Positions 17,961-27,422 of a DNA stretch of 64,000 nucleotides are shown piece after piece. The notes below the pieces were generated by a model. The model was not told the DNA's origin. It did no database searches and saw only the letters and a list, made by a program, of their open reading frames with translations. The position numbers were made by a program, and so were the translations under genes. This stretch comes from Bacillota bacterium (GTDB lineage: Bacteria > Bacillota > Clostridia > Christensenellales > CAG-138). Where the stretch lies: positions 30,424-94,423 of the forward strand of contig JAEYSE010000032.1 of NCBI GenBank assembly GCA_023435025.1, written 5' to 3'. Within the stretch, counting starts at the first letter, position 1, and each line of letters opens with the position of its first letter.

Positions 17961-19304
17961 CTATTCCACCCGGGAACCCGTCGGGTTATATTCAAGAAAC
18001 GCCGTTACGTCAAACTCCGCCCGAATCTGTGGATATACGTCCCGGAAGGAATACGCTTCCCATTGTTTGGCGGACGTAAACTGGCGGACGGCAGCTTCTC
18101 CCAGATCAAACGAATCACACCCAAGCTGCTGGCAAGCTAAAAACACCTGCCGCATACCGTCTTCCAGGTATTTTTCAATATCCTGCCTGATCTTTTCTTT
18201 ATCAAGCCCCGCAACCGCCGCAGGCTGCTCCACCGAGGCATAGACCGAAACCAGAAATTCTGCCTTTTTCTCTTTCCCCAAAGAAAGCCTGACATTAGGC
18301 GTTCCTTTTCTTGTAAGTAATATGCTGATATTATCGCCATTTTTATCTTTAAGTTGAATTCTTCCATTTTTAAAATCGCCCTTGCCCAGAAGCAGCAGCA
18401 TCGTATGCGGGCCGTTCAAAAAGCCCTTTAATTCCGTTCCGCGAAACAGCGCGCTTCCCATCATGCCCGCTTCCAGTCCGCCCAGCCGCCCGGTCTGCCC
18501 AGGAAGATCCTCCACCGCGCCCAAAGCGTCCACCAAAAGCGGCTCCGGTTCATTCTTTTTTTGTTCACTTTTCTCCTTTTCCTCTTTTTCCCCTTCCGCT
18601 TTCGTGGAGTCCTCATTACCTCCGGCTTTCATAGGGTCGCCCTGGCCTTCTTCGCCCTTTTCTCCGGCTTTTGCCTGCTCCTCTTCTCCACCGGTGTCCC
18701 GTTTTTCAAACCCACCCAGCGGCAACACGACATCCCCCGCCTCGCCCCAGGCGCGGTCATAGAATTCCGTGAGCGTAATGGCCGGTATCATGCCCGTTTT
18801 CTCCTTATACTCAATGAAATTGTATTGTATCTTGGCGATATTGGGGTTGATTTCGCTTTGCATACCGCTTAAGTAATCTTCCGCGCGCCCGCCGGATACG
18901 ATGAGGTTCGCAAAATAGCGGATATGCAGCGAACCCAGAGAAGCGGCAAGAAATTGTTCCAGCAGAGGGCCGCGCGCCACGTCCTGGCTGAACACGATTG
19001 CGGTTGTGCGCGCAAGACTCAATGAAAATGGCAGGCCGGATTCGGCAACCTCCACCGCTTCAAACAGATCGTCGCATTCCACGCCCACTAACGCCGCCAT
19101 AGCGCCTTCGGAGCTCTGTTTATCGCCGTTGCCCCGCTGCAGAAGCATGCTCACAAAATAGGGCTTTGTCTTGCCTTTGTCTATCCCGATAAGCAGCGCG
19201 TAGCCGTATTCATCAGGGCTGCGCGCGCCCATGCAGCCCGAGAATACGACCAAAAGAAGCAGCATTAGCGCCAATATACGGACGCAGCGACAATAGCGCC
19301 TCAT
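17961..19304 (-). CDS. Germinant receptor C subunit (Ger(x)C lipoprotein)
   Basis: I re-set the start to MRRYCRCVRILALMLLLLVVFSGC, a lipobox. Its ATG overlaps the B-subunit stop as ATGA (19301-19304). Confidence 0.8.
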   Translation of the reverse strand: MRRYCRCVRILALMLLLLVVFSGCMGARSPDEYGYALLIGIDKGKTKPYFVSMLLQRGNGDKQSSEGAMAALVGVECDDLFEAVEVAESGLPFSLSLARTTAIVFSQDVARGPLLEQFLAASLGSLHIRYFANLIVSGGRAEDYLSGMQSEINPNIAKIQYNFIEYKEKTGMIPAITLTEFYDRAWGEAGDVVLPLGGFEKRDTGGEEEQAKAGEKGEEGQGDPMKAGGNEDSTKAEGEKEEKEKSEQKKNEPEPLLVDALGAVEDLPGQTGRLGGLEAGMMGSALFRGTELKGFLNGPHTMLLLLGKGDFKNGRIQLKDKNGDNISILLTRKGTPNVRLSLGKEKKAEFLVSVYASVEQPAAVAGLDKEKIRQDIEKYLEDGMRQVFLACQQLGCDSFDLGEAAVRQFTSAKQWEAYSFRDVYPQIRAEFDVTAFLEYNPTGSRVE

Positions 19305-20413
19305 GCGCCCACCTCCTTTTGGGGCTTTCCGGCATTTCGCATAGTGCTGACAAATGAAGCCAACAGGGCCGGAACAAGCGCGAATATCCACCCGTAAAGA
19401 GAAATATAGCTTGCGATTGCACGGAAAAGCGTGTTGTCCACATGCATCAGCATGGCGGCAGCTCCCGCCGCCGCACCCGCCGTAAGCACCGCGGGGCGGA
19501 TATCCTGCTGCGCGAACGCCTCGGCAAATAAAAGCGCCGCCGTATACAGGTAAAAGCCTGTGGCCACCATGCCGGAAATCACCCATCCCATCAAAAGAAG
19601 CAGGTCAAGTCTGGGATAATATCCGCCGGAGCGGAAACTCATGGTCAGCCGGTACATGGGCGAATGCATCCTCGCCAGGTCCTTGTAAGTGTATGTCATG
19701 CCCAGGCAAACCTGGCAGAGGGAACTCAATACCCCCGCCGCAATACCCGCACCGTAGCCCGCGCGCCTTGCTGCCCTTACCCCGTGTACGCCGCGCGCCA
19801 ACACAAGAAGCGCTAGCATGCCGGGGAAGTACAGCGCCACACTTCTGAGCGCCATACCGGCCATATGGTCAAATCCGTCGCCTAAGAAGGGCGCGAGCCG
19901 GTACGGCTCATAGTTATAGCCCGCGAACACCAGCGCGCCCAATATGGAAAGGAGCATCACCCACGCAAACAACCGGGACATGCGGCCTATGCCCTCCAAG
20001 CCCAAAAAGGCCAGCGCAAGTGCTGCGGCAAGCGGGTATATCAACACCTGCCATTCCGAAGCGTCCGGATACACGAACAGCCCCAGCATTAGCGAAAACC
20101 GGCTTAAGAGCGCCGCGGCGCAGAATACGAGCAGAGCAGCGTAAAAAAAAGCCGCGACGCGGCCCAATACGCCGCCCAGGCCGTGTTGCAGCAGTGCAAA
20201 GAGCGTTTTATGCGCCCCCCTTTGCATGGCCCCCGCAACCAGCAGAAACGCCAGCAATGCAAGCGCCGCCGCAATGGGCGTGGAAACATACGCGGAGTTT
20301 CCTTTCACGTAAAGCGAAGCGTTATCTGTTGTGAATATGCCGCTTACGGCAACAGCGACAGCTGCGGCGGCAAGCGTTTCCTGCCGCCCGATGCGGCCCT
20401 GACGTAACTTCAC
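19301..20413 (-). CDS. Germinant receptor B subunit (GerAB-type permease)
   Basis: The 370-aa polytopic membrane protein sits between the A and C subunits. Confidence 0.8.
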   Translation of the reverse strand: MKLRQGRIGRQETLAAAAVAVAVSGIFTTDNASLYVKGNSAYVSTPIAAALALLAFLLVAGAMQRGAHKTLFALLQHGLGGVLGRVAAFFYAALLVFCAAALLSRFSLMLGLFVYPDASEWQVLIYPLAAALALAFLGLEGIGRMSRLFAWVMLLSILGALVFAGYNYEPYRLAPFLGDGFDHMAGMALRSVALYFPGMLALLVLARGVHGVRAARRAGYGAGIAAGVLSSLCQVCLGMTYTYKDLARMHSPMYRLTMSFRSGGYYPRLDLLLLMGWVISGMVATGFYLYTAALLFAEAFAQQDIRPAVLTAGAAAGAAAMLMHVDNTLFRAIASYISLYGWIFALVPALLASFVSTMRNAGKPQKEVGA

Positions 20414-22003
20414 TTACTTTCCCTCCCGCGTGTTCATGTAATCCGACGAACGGTCTTGCTGTGTGATGGGACCACGCAATATAGCAGGGCGATTGGAGTA
20501 GGTCTTGGGTACAACGGGCGCTAAGAACGGCACCCCGTAGGACTTCAAGGACGCCATCCACGCCGCGATCAACACGACGCCTACGGCAATACCAAGCAGC
20601 CCCCCGGCCCAGCCCAGCAGCACGAGTATAATGCGAAAATATTCCCCCGCGATCTGCGTGGAATAATCCGGTATCGTGAAATTGCCCATGCCAGCCAGTG
20701 CCACGATAATCAATACCACGGTGCTGACAATATTGGCGGTAACCGCCGCCTGTCCCAATATCAGACCGCCAATAATGCCAATTGCGTGCCCGACGCTGCC
20801 CGGTACGCGGATGCCCGCCTCCCTCAGAAGCTGGAACACCCAAAGCAAAAACAACATCTCAATAGGCAGTGGCAAAAACACCATCTGCCGGGATGCTATG
20901 ATGGTGCTTATGACCTCAGTGGACATCATACCCTGATGATAGAGCGCCACGGCAATAAAGTAACCTGGCAGCAATATGCTCAATGCCGCGCCGATATAGC
21001 GCACCACGCGCAGTACGCTGCCTAAGGGTCTGCGCATGTACGAATCCTCCGGTGTAGCCATCAGAGAAAACAGCGTAGCGGGCATGATATTGGCGGAAGG
21101 GCTTCCTTCGCACAGCAGCGCCACATGTCCCTGCATGATATGCGCCGCCGCGCGGTCCGGCCGCTCGGTATTTAAAACCTGCGGCAAGGGAGAAAGCGGG
21201 TAACGCTCTGTTAGCTGCTCCAGCGTGCCATCGTTTAGTACCATGTGCGTGTCGATATTCTGCAGGCGGGTTTTGACCTCCTTAAGCAATGCGGGGTTGA
21301 TCACGCTTTTGCGGTAAGCAAGCACGCACACCACGTTGTTTTTACCGCCGGCGTTCATAAATTCGCAAATAAAATCATCCGTCTTAATGATGCGCCTTAA
21401 TAACGTGATATTGGTGCGTATGCTTTCGGTAAAGCCCTCCTGCGGACCACGGACGACCTTTTCGTTCTGCGGGGTCGATACGCTACGCTTTTCAAAACCA
21501 CGCGTATCCATGATTATGGCTTTATCGTCACCATCGATAAATACGGCGGTCTGCCCTTCTGATATGGACTTCTTTACCTTCGCCCAGTCGGTGGTAAGCG
21601 TTGCCTCCTGCTGGGCGAACACATGGTCCACCGCATGCTGCGAAAGGCTGCCGGAGGCGTTATCCATGCAGCCCGCCTCCATACCCTGGCGCAGGATAAA
21701 GTCATTGATCTGTGAGCCGTCCGCCATGCCGTTGATGCACGCCGTCAGCGCCTGAACGTTGCCGCCAAGCATAAAGCGCCTCAAAAGAATATCCGGGTTA
21801 ATATCCACATAGTATTCCTGCCGCAACCGCTGCTCATTTTCCGAAACTGAAGCGCTCGGCGGCGGTTCCGGCTGGGGCGGAGCGGGCGGCTGTTCCTTTT
21901 CCGCGCCTCCAAAGAAGCCGGGCTTCCCTTCCTCGGTTTCCAAAAGCTCAAATTCCTGCTCCGGCTCGTCGAAACGAAGTATTTTCCATAAGGATTTTGT
22001 CAT
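20414..22003 (-). CDS. Germinant receptor A subunit (GerAA/KA type)
   Basis: The 529-aa ORF has a GerA-family core (DGTLEQL...IMPATLFSLM...) and C-terminal TM helices. It carries a Pro/Glu-rich N-terminal extension. Confidence 0.85.
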   Translation of the reverse strand: MTKSLWKILRFDEPEQEFELLETEEGKPGFFGGAEKEQPPAPPQPEPPPSASVSENEQRLRQEYYVDINPDILLRRFMLGGNVQALTACINGMADGSQINDFILRQGMEAGCMDNASGSLSQHAVDHVFAQQEATLTTDWAKVKKSISEGQTAVFIDGDDKAIIMDTRGFEKRSVSTPQNEKVVRGPQEGFTESIRTNITLLRRIIKTDDFICEFMNAGGKNNVVCVLAYRKSVINPALLKEVKTRLQNIDTHMVLNDGTLEQLTERYPLSPLPQVLNTERPDRAAAHIMQGHVALLCEGSPSANIMPATLFSLMATPEDSYMRRPLGSVLRVVRYIGAALSILLPGYFIAVALYHQGMMSTEVISTIIASRQMVFLPLPIEMLFLLWVFQLLREAGIRVPGSVGHAIGIIGGLILGQAAVTANIVSTVVLIIVALAGMGNFTIPDYSTQIAGEYFRIILVLLGWAGGLLGIAVGVVLIAAWMASLKSYGVPFLAPVVPKTYSNRPAILRGPITQQDRSSDYMNTREGK

Positions 22004-22025
22004 ATCAAAATCATCCTTTCAGGTA

Positions 22026-22055
22026 GAGTATTTGCAGACAACAAAAAAAGCATTC
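22026..22055 (-). promoter_or_regulatory. Possible forespore (sigma-G/F-like) promoter for the ger operon
   Basis: The reverse strand reads GAATG, an 18-nt spacer, then AATACTC. This resembles GAATA-17/18-CATACTA. It is a weak, by-eye match. Confidence 0.25.
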
Positions 22056-22074
22056 TCCATAATTGGAAAATGCT
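22043..22074 (-). terminator. Rho-independent terminator ending the upstream MarR operon
   Basis: The reverse strand reads AGCATTTTCCA-ATTA-TGGAGAATGCT followed by TTTTTTT. Confidence 0.8.
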
Positions 22075-22192
22075 TCAGTATAGCAAGACCTACGCTCCAC
22101 ATCAGAGAAACACAGAAATGTCTTTTCATGTACGGGTTCTTAGGGTCGTTACGACCCTAAGCGGATGTTTGGAGGCAGAGCTTCCAAATAGC

Positions 22193-22654
22193 CTAGGACT
22201 TTATGCGCATACGCATGGCGTCAAGCCCCTTGTACATGCGCTGGATAACCTTGAGCGCAAGCTCGCGTTCTTCCGCTGCAAAATCCTCCAGCATGTTGTT
22301 TGCGATCATATCCACGTCCATTTCGCACCAGCGCGCGATTTCCTGGCCTTTTTTCGTAAGCGCCACACGGTTGCAGCGGCTGTCCGCAGGGTCCTGCTCG
22401 CGCTTGACAAATCCGCTTTTTTCAAGCCTTCGAAGCGTCACGCCCGCAGAGGCCTTGCTTACCCCCAGCGCCTTTGCAAGTTCGTTCTGGCTGGGCCTGC
22501 CCATATCCCTGATCTGAAATAAATAGACGGGCTGGCCCTCATACAGGCCGTATTTTTTAAGCGTATGCTGCATGCAAAAGCCATGCACCTGGTTGAGAAG
22601 CATGAATTGTTCCCACGCTTGCCGCGTGACGTTTTGCTGTTCCTTTCCGATCAT
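22193..22654 (-). CDS. MarR-family transcriptional regulator
   Basis: The 153-aa ORF has a winged-HTH segment (PSQNELAKALGVSKASAGVTLRRLEKSGFVKRE). Confidence 0.85.
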   Translation of the reverse strand: MIGKEQQNVTRQAWEQFMLLNQVHGFCMQHTLKKYGLYEGQPVYLFQIRDMGRPSQNELAKALGVSKASAGVTLRRLEKSGFVKREQDPADSRCNRVALTKKGQEIARWCEMDVDMIANNMLEDFAAEERELALKVIQRMYKGLDAMRMRIKS

Positions 22655-22668
22655 ACGCCCTCCAAAGC

Positions 22669-24195
22669 TCAGCGTTTGTTTTTGCGGGCGGACACGCGCT
22701 CAATTTCCCTGCCCAGGCGGATGAAGCGGAACATACGCTCCGCCGCACCGTCAAAGCGTTCCACAAGTTCTTCCGACGTACTGTCATCGGGCGCTTCGGC
22801 AATGACCATGCTGCTGCAATCACGCTTTTGCAGCAACTCCTCCCCGCCTTCGCCCATATATCCGGCAATCACACCAACCGGCACCTTCATGCGTGAAGCG
22901 CGGGAGAGTATCTCCCCCACGGCGCGCCCTGGCGCGAAGCTTGTTTCATCCACGCAGCCTTCGCCTGTCAAAATCAGGGAGACATTTTTCGCTCTGCGTC
23001 CAAATTCGTATACGCTTAGCAGCGCCTCAATGCCGGATTGGCATGCCGCTCCAAAGAATGCGAGCATCGCCGCGCCCAGGCCTCCCGCTGCCCCAGTGCC
23101 CGGCTGGGCATAGACATCGAATGCTGCGGCCTCCTTTACCAGCGCGGCGTAAGACGCGCGCAGCGGTTCATGGAGCGCTTCCTCTTTCAGGTGCCCTGCG
23201 TCATCTGTCATCATGACAAAGCGGGTGTTGCGGATGCGCGGATGCAACAGCTCCGTATCAATTTTGGCGATAGCGGCGTAATCTTCCCCGTTCAGCTCGG
23301 CCCCTTCGGCGCTTAGCAGTTTCACCCCCAGCGCGCGCAGGCAGCCCAGCCCGCCATCGTTGACGCGCCCCGGCGTGAGGCCGATTACGATTTCGCTCAA
23401 GCCCTCGTCCAAAGCCCGGCGGATCAGTTCCCCCATGCCAAAGCTGGAGTAGAGCTTGTCATCGGACATCGTACCGCAGAAAGCCTCCGGCATTTCAATC
23501 ACCGCCGTCCTGCCGCCCAACACGGCATACAAGGCCTCCATCTTTTCTCCAGTGGGTCCTGTGATATGTACTTTACGCATGGTGCCGTTACGCGCCATCA
23601 GTATGGCGTCCACAGTACCCGGCCCGCCGTTCGCGATGGGGAGCGGCAGAACGCGCACGCCTGGAATCTGCCTCCTAGCTGCCAAAGTCAGCCTTCGGAT
23701 CGCCTGTTTGGAGGAAAGGTAGGAAAAAAACGAATCCGGAGCAAGCAGGAACACAATTCCCTTACCCACCGGCCTGCGCTTGCCGCGCTTTTTGCAGATG
23801 CGAACGTCAAAGAGTGGCTCTTCCCCGCCTGAAAGCGAGCCATCCCGCTGGACTTTTCCGTAATACGTCAGCCCTTCTACTTTCTCAAGCGCATTGTTCT
23901 GCAGGAACGGATGGGTCGCAGTCAGGTACATGCCGATGCCCTCGTCCTGCTCAAGCATTCGGTATACCCTGCGCAGCTGTTTGAGGCCGCCGTTGGTCAA
24001 CACGCACAGGTAACATGGCTCCGCCGGAGAATATTCGTCAAACGACGTCATTCCGCCGTATAACTGCAGACCCTTCGTATCGCTGGTGGTGAGTACGGAG
24101 AAAATCTCCTCCCATATCTGTGCAGGGGTCGCCTGCCCTTCCTCACCCGCCATAATATCAAAACGCAAGCCCAGGCTGAATTTACGTGTTTGCAT
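22669..24195 (-). CDS. Divergent glycerate-kinase-family protein with a ~145-aa N-terminal extension
   Basis: The C-terminal ~360 aa align by eye with the GlxK family (APDSF..., TGAAGGLGAAM, LILTGEGCVDETS). The N-terminal 145 aa have no motif I recognise. Confidence 0.7.
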   Translation of the reverse strand: MQTRKFSLGLRFDIMAGEEGQATPAQIWEEIFSVLTTSDTKGLQLYGGMTSFDEYSPAEPCYLCVLTNGGLKQLRRVYRMLEQDEGIGMYLTATHPFLQNNALEKVEGLTYYGKVQRDGSLSGGEEPLFDVRICKKRGKRRPVGKGIVFLLAPDSFFSYLSSKQAIRRLTLAARRQIPGVRVLPLPIANGGPGTVDAILMARNGTMRKVHITGPTGEKMEALYAVLGGRTAVIEMPEAFCGTMSDDKLYSSFGMGELIRRALDEGLSEIVIGLTPGRVNDGGLGCLRALGVKLLSAEGAELNGEDYAAIAKIDTELLHPRIRNTRFVMMTDDAGHLKEEALHEPLRASYAALVKEAAAFDVYAQPGTGAAGGLGAAMLAFFGAACQSGIEALLSVYEFGRRAKNVSLILTGEGCVDETSFAPGRAVGEILSRASRMKVPVGVIAGYMGEGGEELLQKRDCSSMVIAEAPDDSTSEELVERFDGAAERMFRFIRLGREIERVSARKNKR

Positions 24196-24207
24196 GTTTG
24201 CCTCCCG

Positions 24208-26124
24208 TTATACTTGCTCAATAAGCGTTTGCAATGCTTCTTCCGCCTGCTCCCAAAGCGCGATACACGCCTCCAGTTCGGCCCTGCAGGCCGCAAGCTT
24301 TGTGGAAAGCGCCGCCGCATGCTCATAATCCGCCGCCACGCTGGGATCCGAGAGCTGCTTTTCCAGTTCCGCGTTCTCGTTTTCCTTTTTGGCCACTTCC
24401 CGCTCCGCGCGGGCGACTTCGCCTTTTGCGCGGACGATTGCGCTCTGCCGTTCCTTCTTTGCCCGGTACTCGTTTTGCGGCCTCTCTTCGTCCTGCGGCT
24501 CGGCTGGTTTTTCTTCCGAACTGCGTCCGGCTAAATACGCGTCATATCCGCCGATTGTCTCCGTCAGGCCGGAAGGGCCCATGTACAGCACGCGGTCCGC
24601 AAGCCTGTTTACCAAAAAACGGTCATGGGTCACGACAAGCAGCGCGCCATCGTATTCTTCCAGCGCCTGTTCAAGCGCCTCCCGCGAAGCGATGTCCAAG
24701 TGGTTGGTGGGTTCGTCCAGTAACAGCAGGTTTGCCCCCGAAAGCATCAGTTTCAAGAGCTGCACCCGCGCGCGTTCCCCACCCGAAAGCATTTGGATGC
24801 GCTTGTCCACGTCCTCGTTGCGGAACAAAAACGCCGCCAGCGCATTGCGTATTTCCGTCTGCCGCATGCGCGGGTACGCGTCCCACACCTCCTGCAGCAC
24901 CGTGTTTTCTTCGTTGAGCGAGCGCATGTTCTGCTCGTAATAGGCGGGCTTTACGCCAGCGCCAAACGCGTTTCTTCCCGCATCCGGTACTTCCCGCCCC
25001 ATGAGTATGCGCAAAAGCGTCGTCTTCCCGCAACCGTTCGGTCCTAACAGGAATACCCGCTCCCCGCGCCGTACCAGCATAGAGGCGTCCGTGAAAAGCT
25101 TCTTTTCACCGTACGCTTTCTTGAGATCTTCGGCAATGAGCACTTCATTGCCGCCAGGTTCCTTTGCGGTAAACGTAAAGCGTATGGAGGCAGCCTCTTT
25201 TTCCGGCTCCACCAGTGTCGCCTTTAGACGTTCGATCTGCTTGAGCTTTGATTCCGCCGTGCGGATGTTGCGCTCCTTGTTCCAGCGGCGCTGCTGTTCA
25301 ACGATGCCGTATATACGCCGAATTTCCTTTTGCGTATTGAGGTAATGCCGCCGGGCGATCTCGTTTGCGTTGAGCGTGCGCTCCACATGGGTGGAATAGT
25401 TGCCCGGCGTAGTATGCAGGCGCATGTTACGCAGCTCTATCGTGCGGTTGGTGACCTGGTCCAAAAAGTATCGGTCATGTGAAATCAAAATAAACGCGCC
25501 GGTATACGCCTTTAAGTATGCTTCGAGCCACTCCGTGGCCGCGATATCCAGATGGTTGGTGGGTTCGTCCAAAAACAGCAGGTCCGCACCCAAAAGAAGG
25601 ACCCTGGCTAACATTGTTTTATTTAGCTGTCCGCCACTTAAAGAAAGGGCCGGAAGTTCCAATTCCTCCTGCGCAAATCCAAGCCCCAGAAGCGTGGACC
25701 GCGTACGGCTGCGAAACGTCAGGCCGCCACCCTGCTCGTAGCGTTCCTGCACCTGATGCTGCTTTTTTACAAGCTGCTCGTGCGGCGCGTGGGGCAGTAA
25801 AAGCTGCGCTTCGATCTCTTTTAACTCTTCCTCGGCTTTTAAAAGAGGCGCAAATGCGTCGAGCGTAAAATCGTAGAGCGTCTGATTTTCCTTAAGCACC
25901 GGCGTTTGTTCCAATGTCGCCGCAACGATAAGTTTGTCACGGTGCACGGCGCCGCCGTCCGCCTGCTCCATACCTGTTAGAATGCGCATCAGCGTTGTTT
26001 TTCCAGTGCCATTCGCGCCGACAAGGCCGATATGATCCTTTTGTGCAACCTCGAAGGACACATCCTCAAACAACGTGCGCCCGCCGAAGGATTTCGAAAG
26101 CTTATAAGCCGCCAACAATGCCAT
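24208..26124 (-). CDS. ABC-F family ATPase (Uup-like, with a C-terminal coiled coil)
   Basis: The 638-aa ORF has two ABC cassettes (GANGTGKTT, LSGGQ; GPNGCGKTT, LSGGE), no TM domain, and a charged helical tail. Confidence 0.9.
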   Translation of the reverse strand: MALLAAYKLSKSFGGRTLFEDVSFEVAQKDHIGLVGANGTGKTTLMRILTGMEQADGGAVHRDKLIVAATLEQTPVLKENQTLYDFTLDAFAPLLKAEEELKEIEAQLLLPHAPHEQLVKKQHQVQERYEQGGGLTFRSRTRSTLLGLGFAQEELELPALSLSGGQLNKTMLARVLLLGADLLFLDEPTNHLDIAATEWLEAYLKAYTGAFILISHDRYFLDQVTNRTIELRNMRLHTTPGNYSTHVERTLNANEIARRHYLNTQKEIRRIYGIVEQQRRWNKERNIRTAESKLKQIERLKATLVEPEKEAASIRFTFTAKEPGGNEVLIAEDLKKAYGEKKLFTDASMLVRRGERVFLLGPNGCGKTTLLRILMGREVPDAGRNAFGAGVKPAYYEQNMRSLNEENTVLQEVWDAYPRMRQTEIRNALAAFLFRNEDVDKRIQMLSGGERARVQLLKLMLSGANLLLLDEPTNHLDIASREALEQALEEYDGALLVVTHDRFLVNRLADRVLYMGPSGLTETIGGYDAYLAGRSSEEKPAEPQDEERPQNEYRAKKERQSAIVRAKGEVARAEREVAKKENENAELEKQLSDPSVAADYEHAAALSTKLAACRAELEACIALWEQAEEALQTLIEQV

Positions 26125-26126
26125 GA

Positions 26127-27143
26127 TTAATACCGATTCCTGACTTTTTCTGCAAACCCTAGCAGTTCTTTTATTTGTAATTCGGTCCCGTCGTCCAACA
26201 CAGCCCGGCCAGAAAAGCGGCCGAACACCTGGTGCTGGTCCGTCTCAATTACGACGGCGTTCGTCCTCACGGCGCGGTCCAGTATCGGCGCAAACGCCAT
26301 TTCAAACCTGCCGTCCGAGGAGGAAAACGTCCACGGTTTTAGATAGTTCCCCTCAGGGATATGGAACGTCACATGCTCCAGTTTGTGGAGTTTATGATCA
26401 TAGAGTATCGCGTTTTCCGTCGCTTCACGCGTATCCCCAAAGCCATAACCGATGTTGAACCCAAACGGTTTGCCGTTCACCACGCCGTTCGCGCTGCCCC
26501 AGTACCACGTGTTGTCGTAAGTCCATACGCCGCGTCCCCAATCGAGCGTACCGAGCGCATGGTCTTTTGAAAACGCAAACTCCTGATCCCCGAGCCGTAC
26601 ATGTCCCTCGGCTGGCATACAGTTGATCTTTTGGTTGTAGTAAAAATGCCGGGGCTTGTAAAAGGGCGTTGCGATCACAATCGATTCGGTTTCCGGAACG
26701 CTTAACGTTATGTCCACATCCAACGTATGGTTTTCATAAAACTGCTGATACGTACAAACAATCCGCCGTTGTGCGCCCCGGTTTAAAAACCGCATGGAAC
26801 AGCCCTTTTTAGACACTTCCACATCCCCGTTCTGGGAAGTTGGAGGCATGCGGTATTTGCCAAATGGAAACGCCTCCATGAAGGTATTCGTGTGTTCCCA
26901 CGGACGCATAAAATCCAGAATCGACGCCGATAAGAGGCCCATATATCCGTTGTCCGCTACGGTTAACGCAACGGCGCGCTGCCCGTCGCTGATGATGTAA
27001 TAATCCCATTCCTTGATATTCCACGCGCTCTTTTTGACAGCCGCGCGATCATAACGAAGCAGCATACGCCTTGCCCATCCGGGCTCGATGAGGTTCCCCG
27101 CGCCATCCAACAAGGGGCCTTCCGACGTGATTTCATGCTGCAT
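26127..27143 (-). CDS. DUF2804-like hypothetical protein
   Basis: The 338-aa ORF is aromatic-rich. Its sequence (WNIKEWDYYII..., WYWGSANG) recalls DUF2804. The family name is from memory only. Confidence 0.5.
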   Translation of the reverse strand: MQHEITSEGPLLDGAGNLIEPGWARRMLLRYDRAAVKKSAWNIKEWDYYIISDGQRAVALTVADNGYMGLLSASILDFMRPWEHTNTFMEAFPFGKYRMPPTSQNGDVEVSKKGCSMRFLNRGAQRRIVCTYQQFYENHTLDVDITLSVPETESIVIATPFYKPRHFYYNQKINCMPAEGHVRLGDQEFAFSKDHALGTLDWGRGVWTYDNTWYWGSANGVVNGKPFGFNIGYGFGDTREATENAILYDHKLHKLEHVTFHIPEGNYLKPWTFSSSDGRFEMAFAPILDRAVRTNAVVIETDQHQVFGRFSGRAVLDDGTELQIKELLGFAEKVRNRY

Positions 27144-27422
27144 AACCGTTCTCCTTGGTCTATTTTTCCGCCAAAGATACTGTCGTCCAGGCGGAATTTT
27201 ACCTGTTTATCATACCACATGATAACACGGTTTGCCAGTTTCAAGCTTTCCTTGGTGCAAATTCGGCCGTTTGGCTGTTTTTCTGCATATTTTTATAAAT
27301 ATGCACACGAAATACTAATGAAAGTGTTGGAATATGCCGATAAAATGGTATATACTCTATGTATAAGAAACACTATCCTATTTTAGCTTTTTCTTGTACA
27401 GGCCAACCGAAAGGAGCCTAAA

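Noticed and set aside
19305-19586. A 94-codon N-terminal extension of the GerxC ORF in the track
   Set aside because: It lies entirely inside the GerAB-type gene in another frame. An internal ATG gives a canonical lipoprotein signal peptide and an ATGA stop/start overlap.
22139-22161. The perfect 10-bp inverted repeat CTTAGGGTCG-tta-CGACCCTAAG just downstream of marR
   Set aside because: It is most simply a 3'-end stabilising hairpin ahead of the true terminator at 22043-22074. It has no U-run, no flanking ORF and no second copy in the window.
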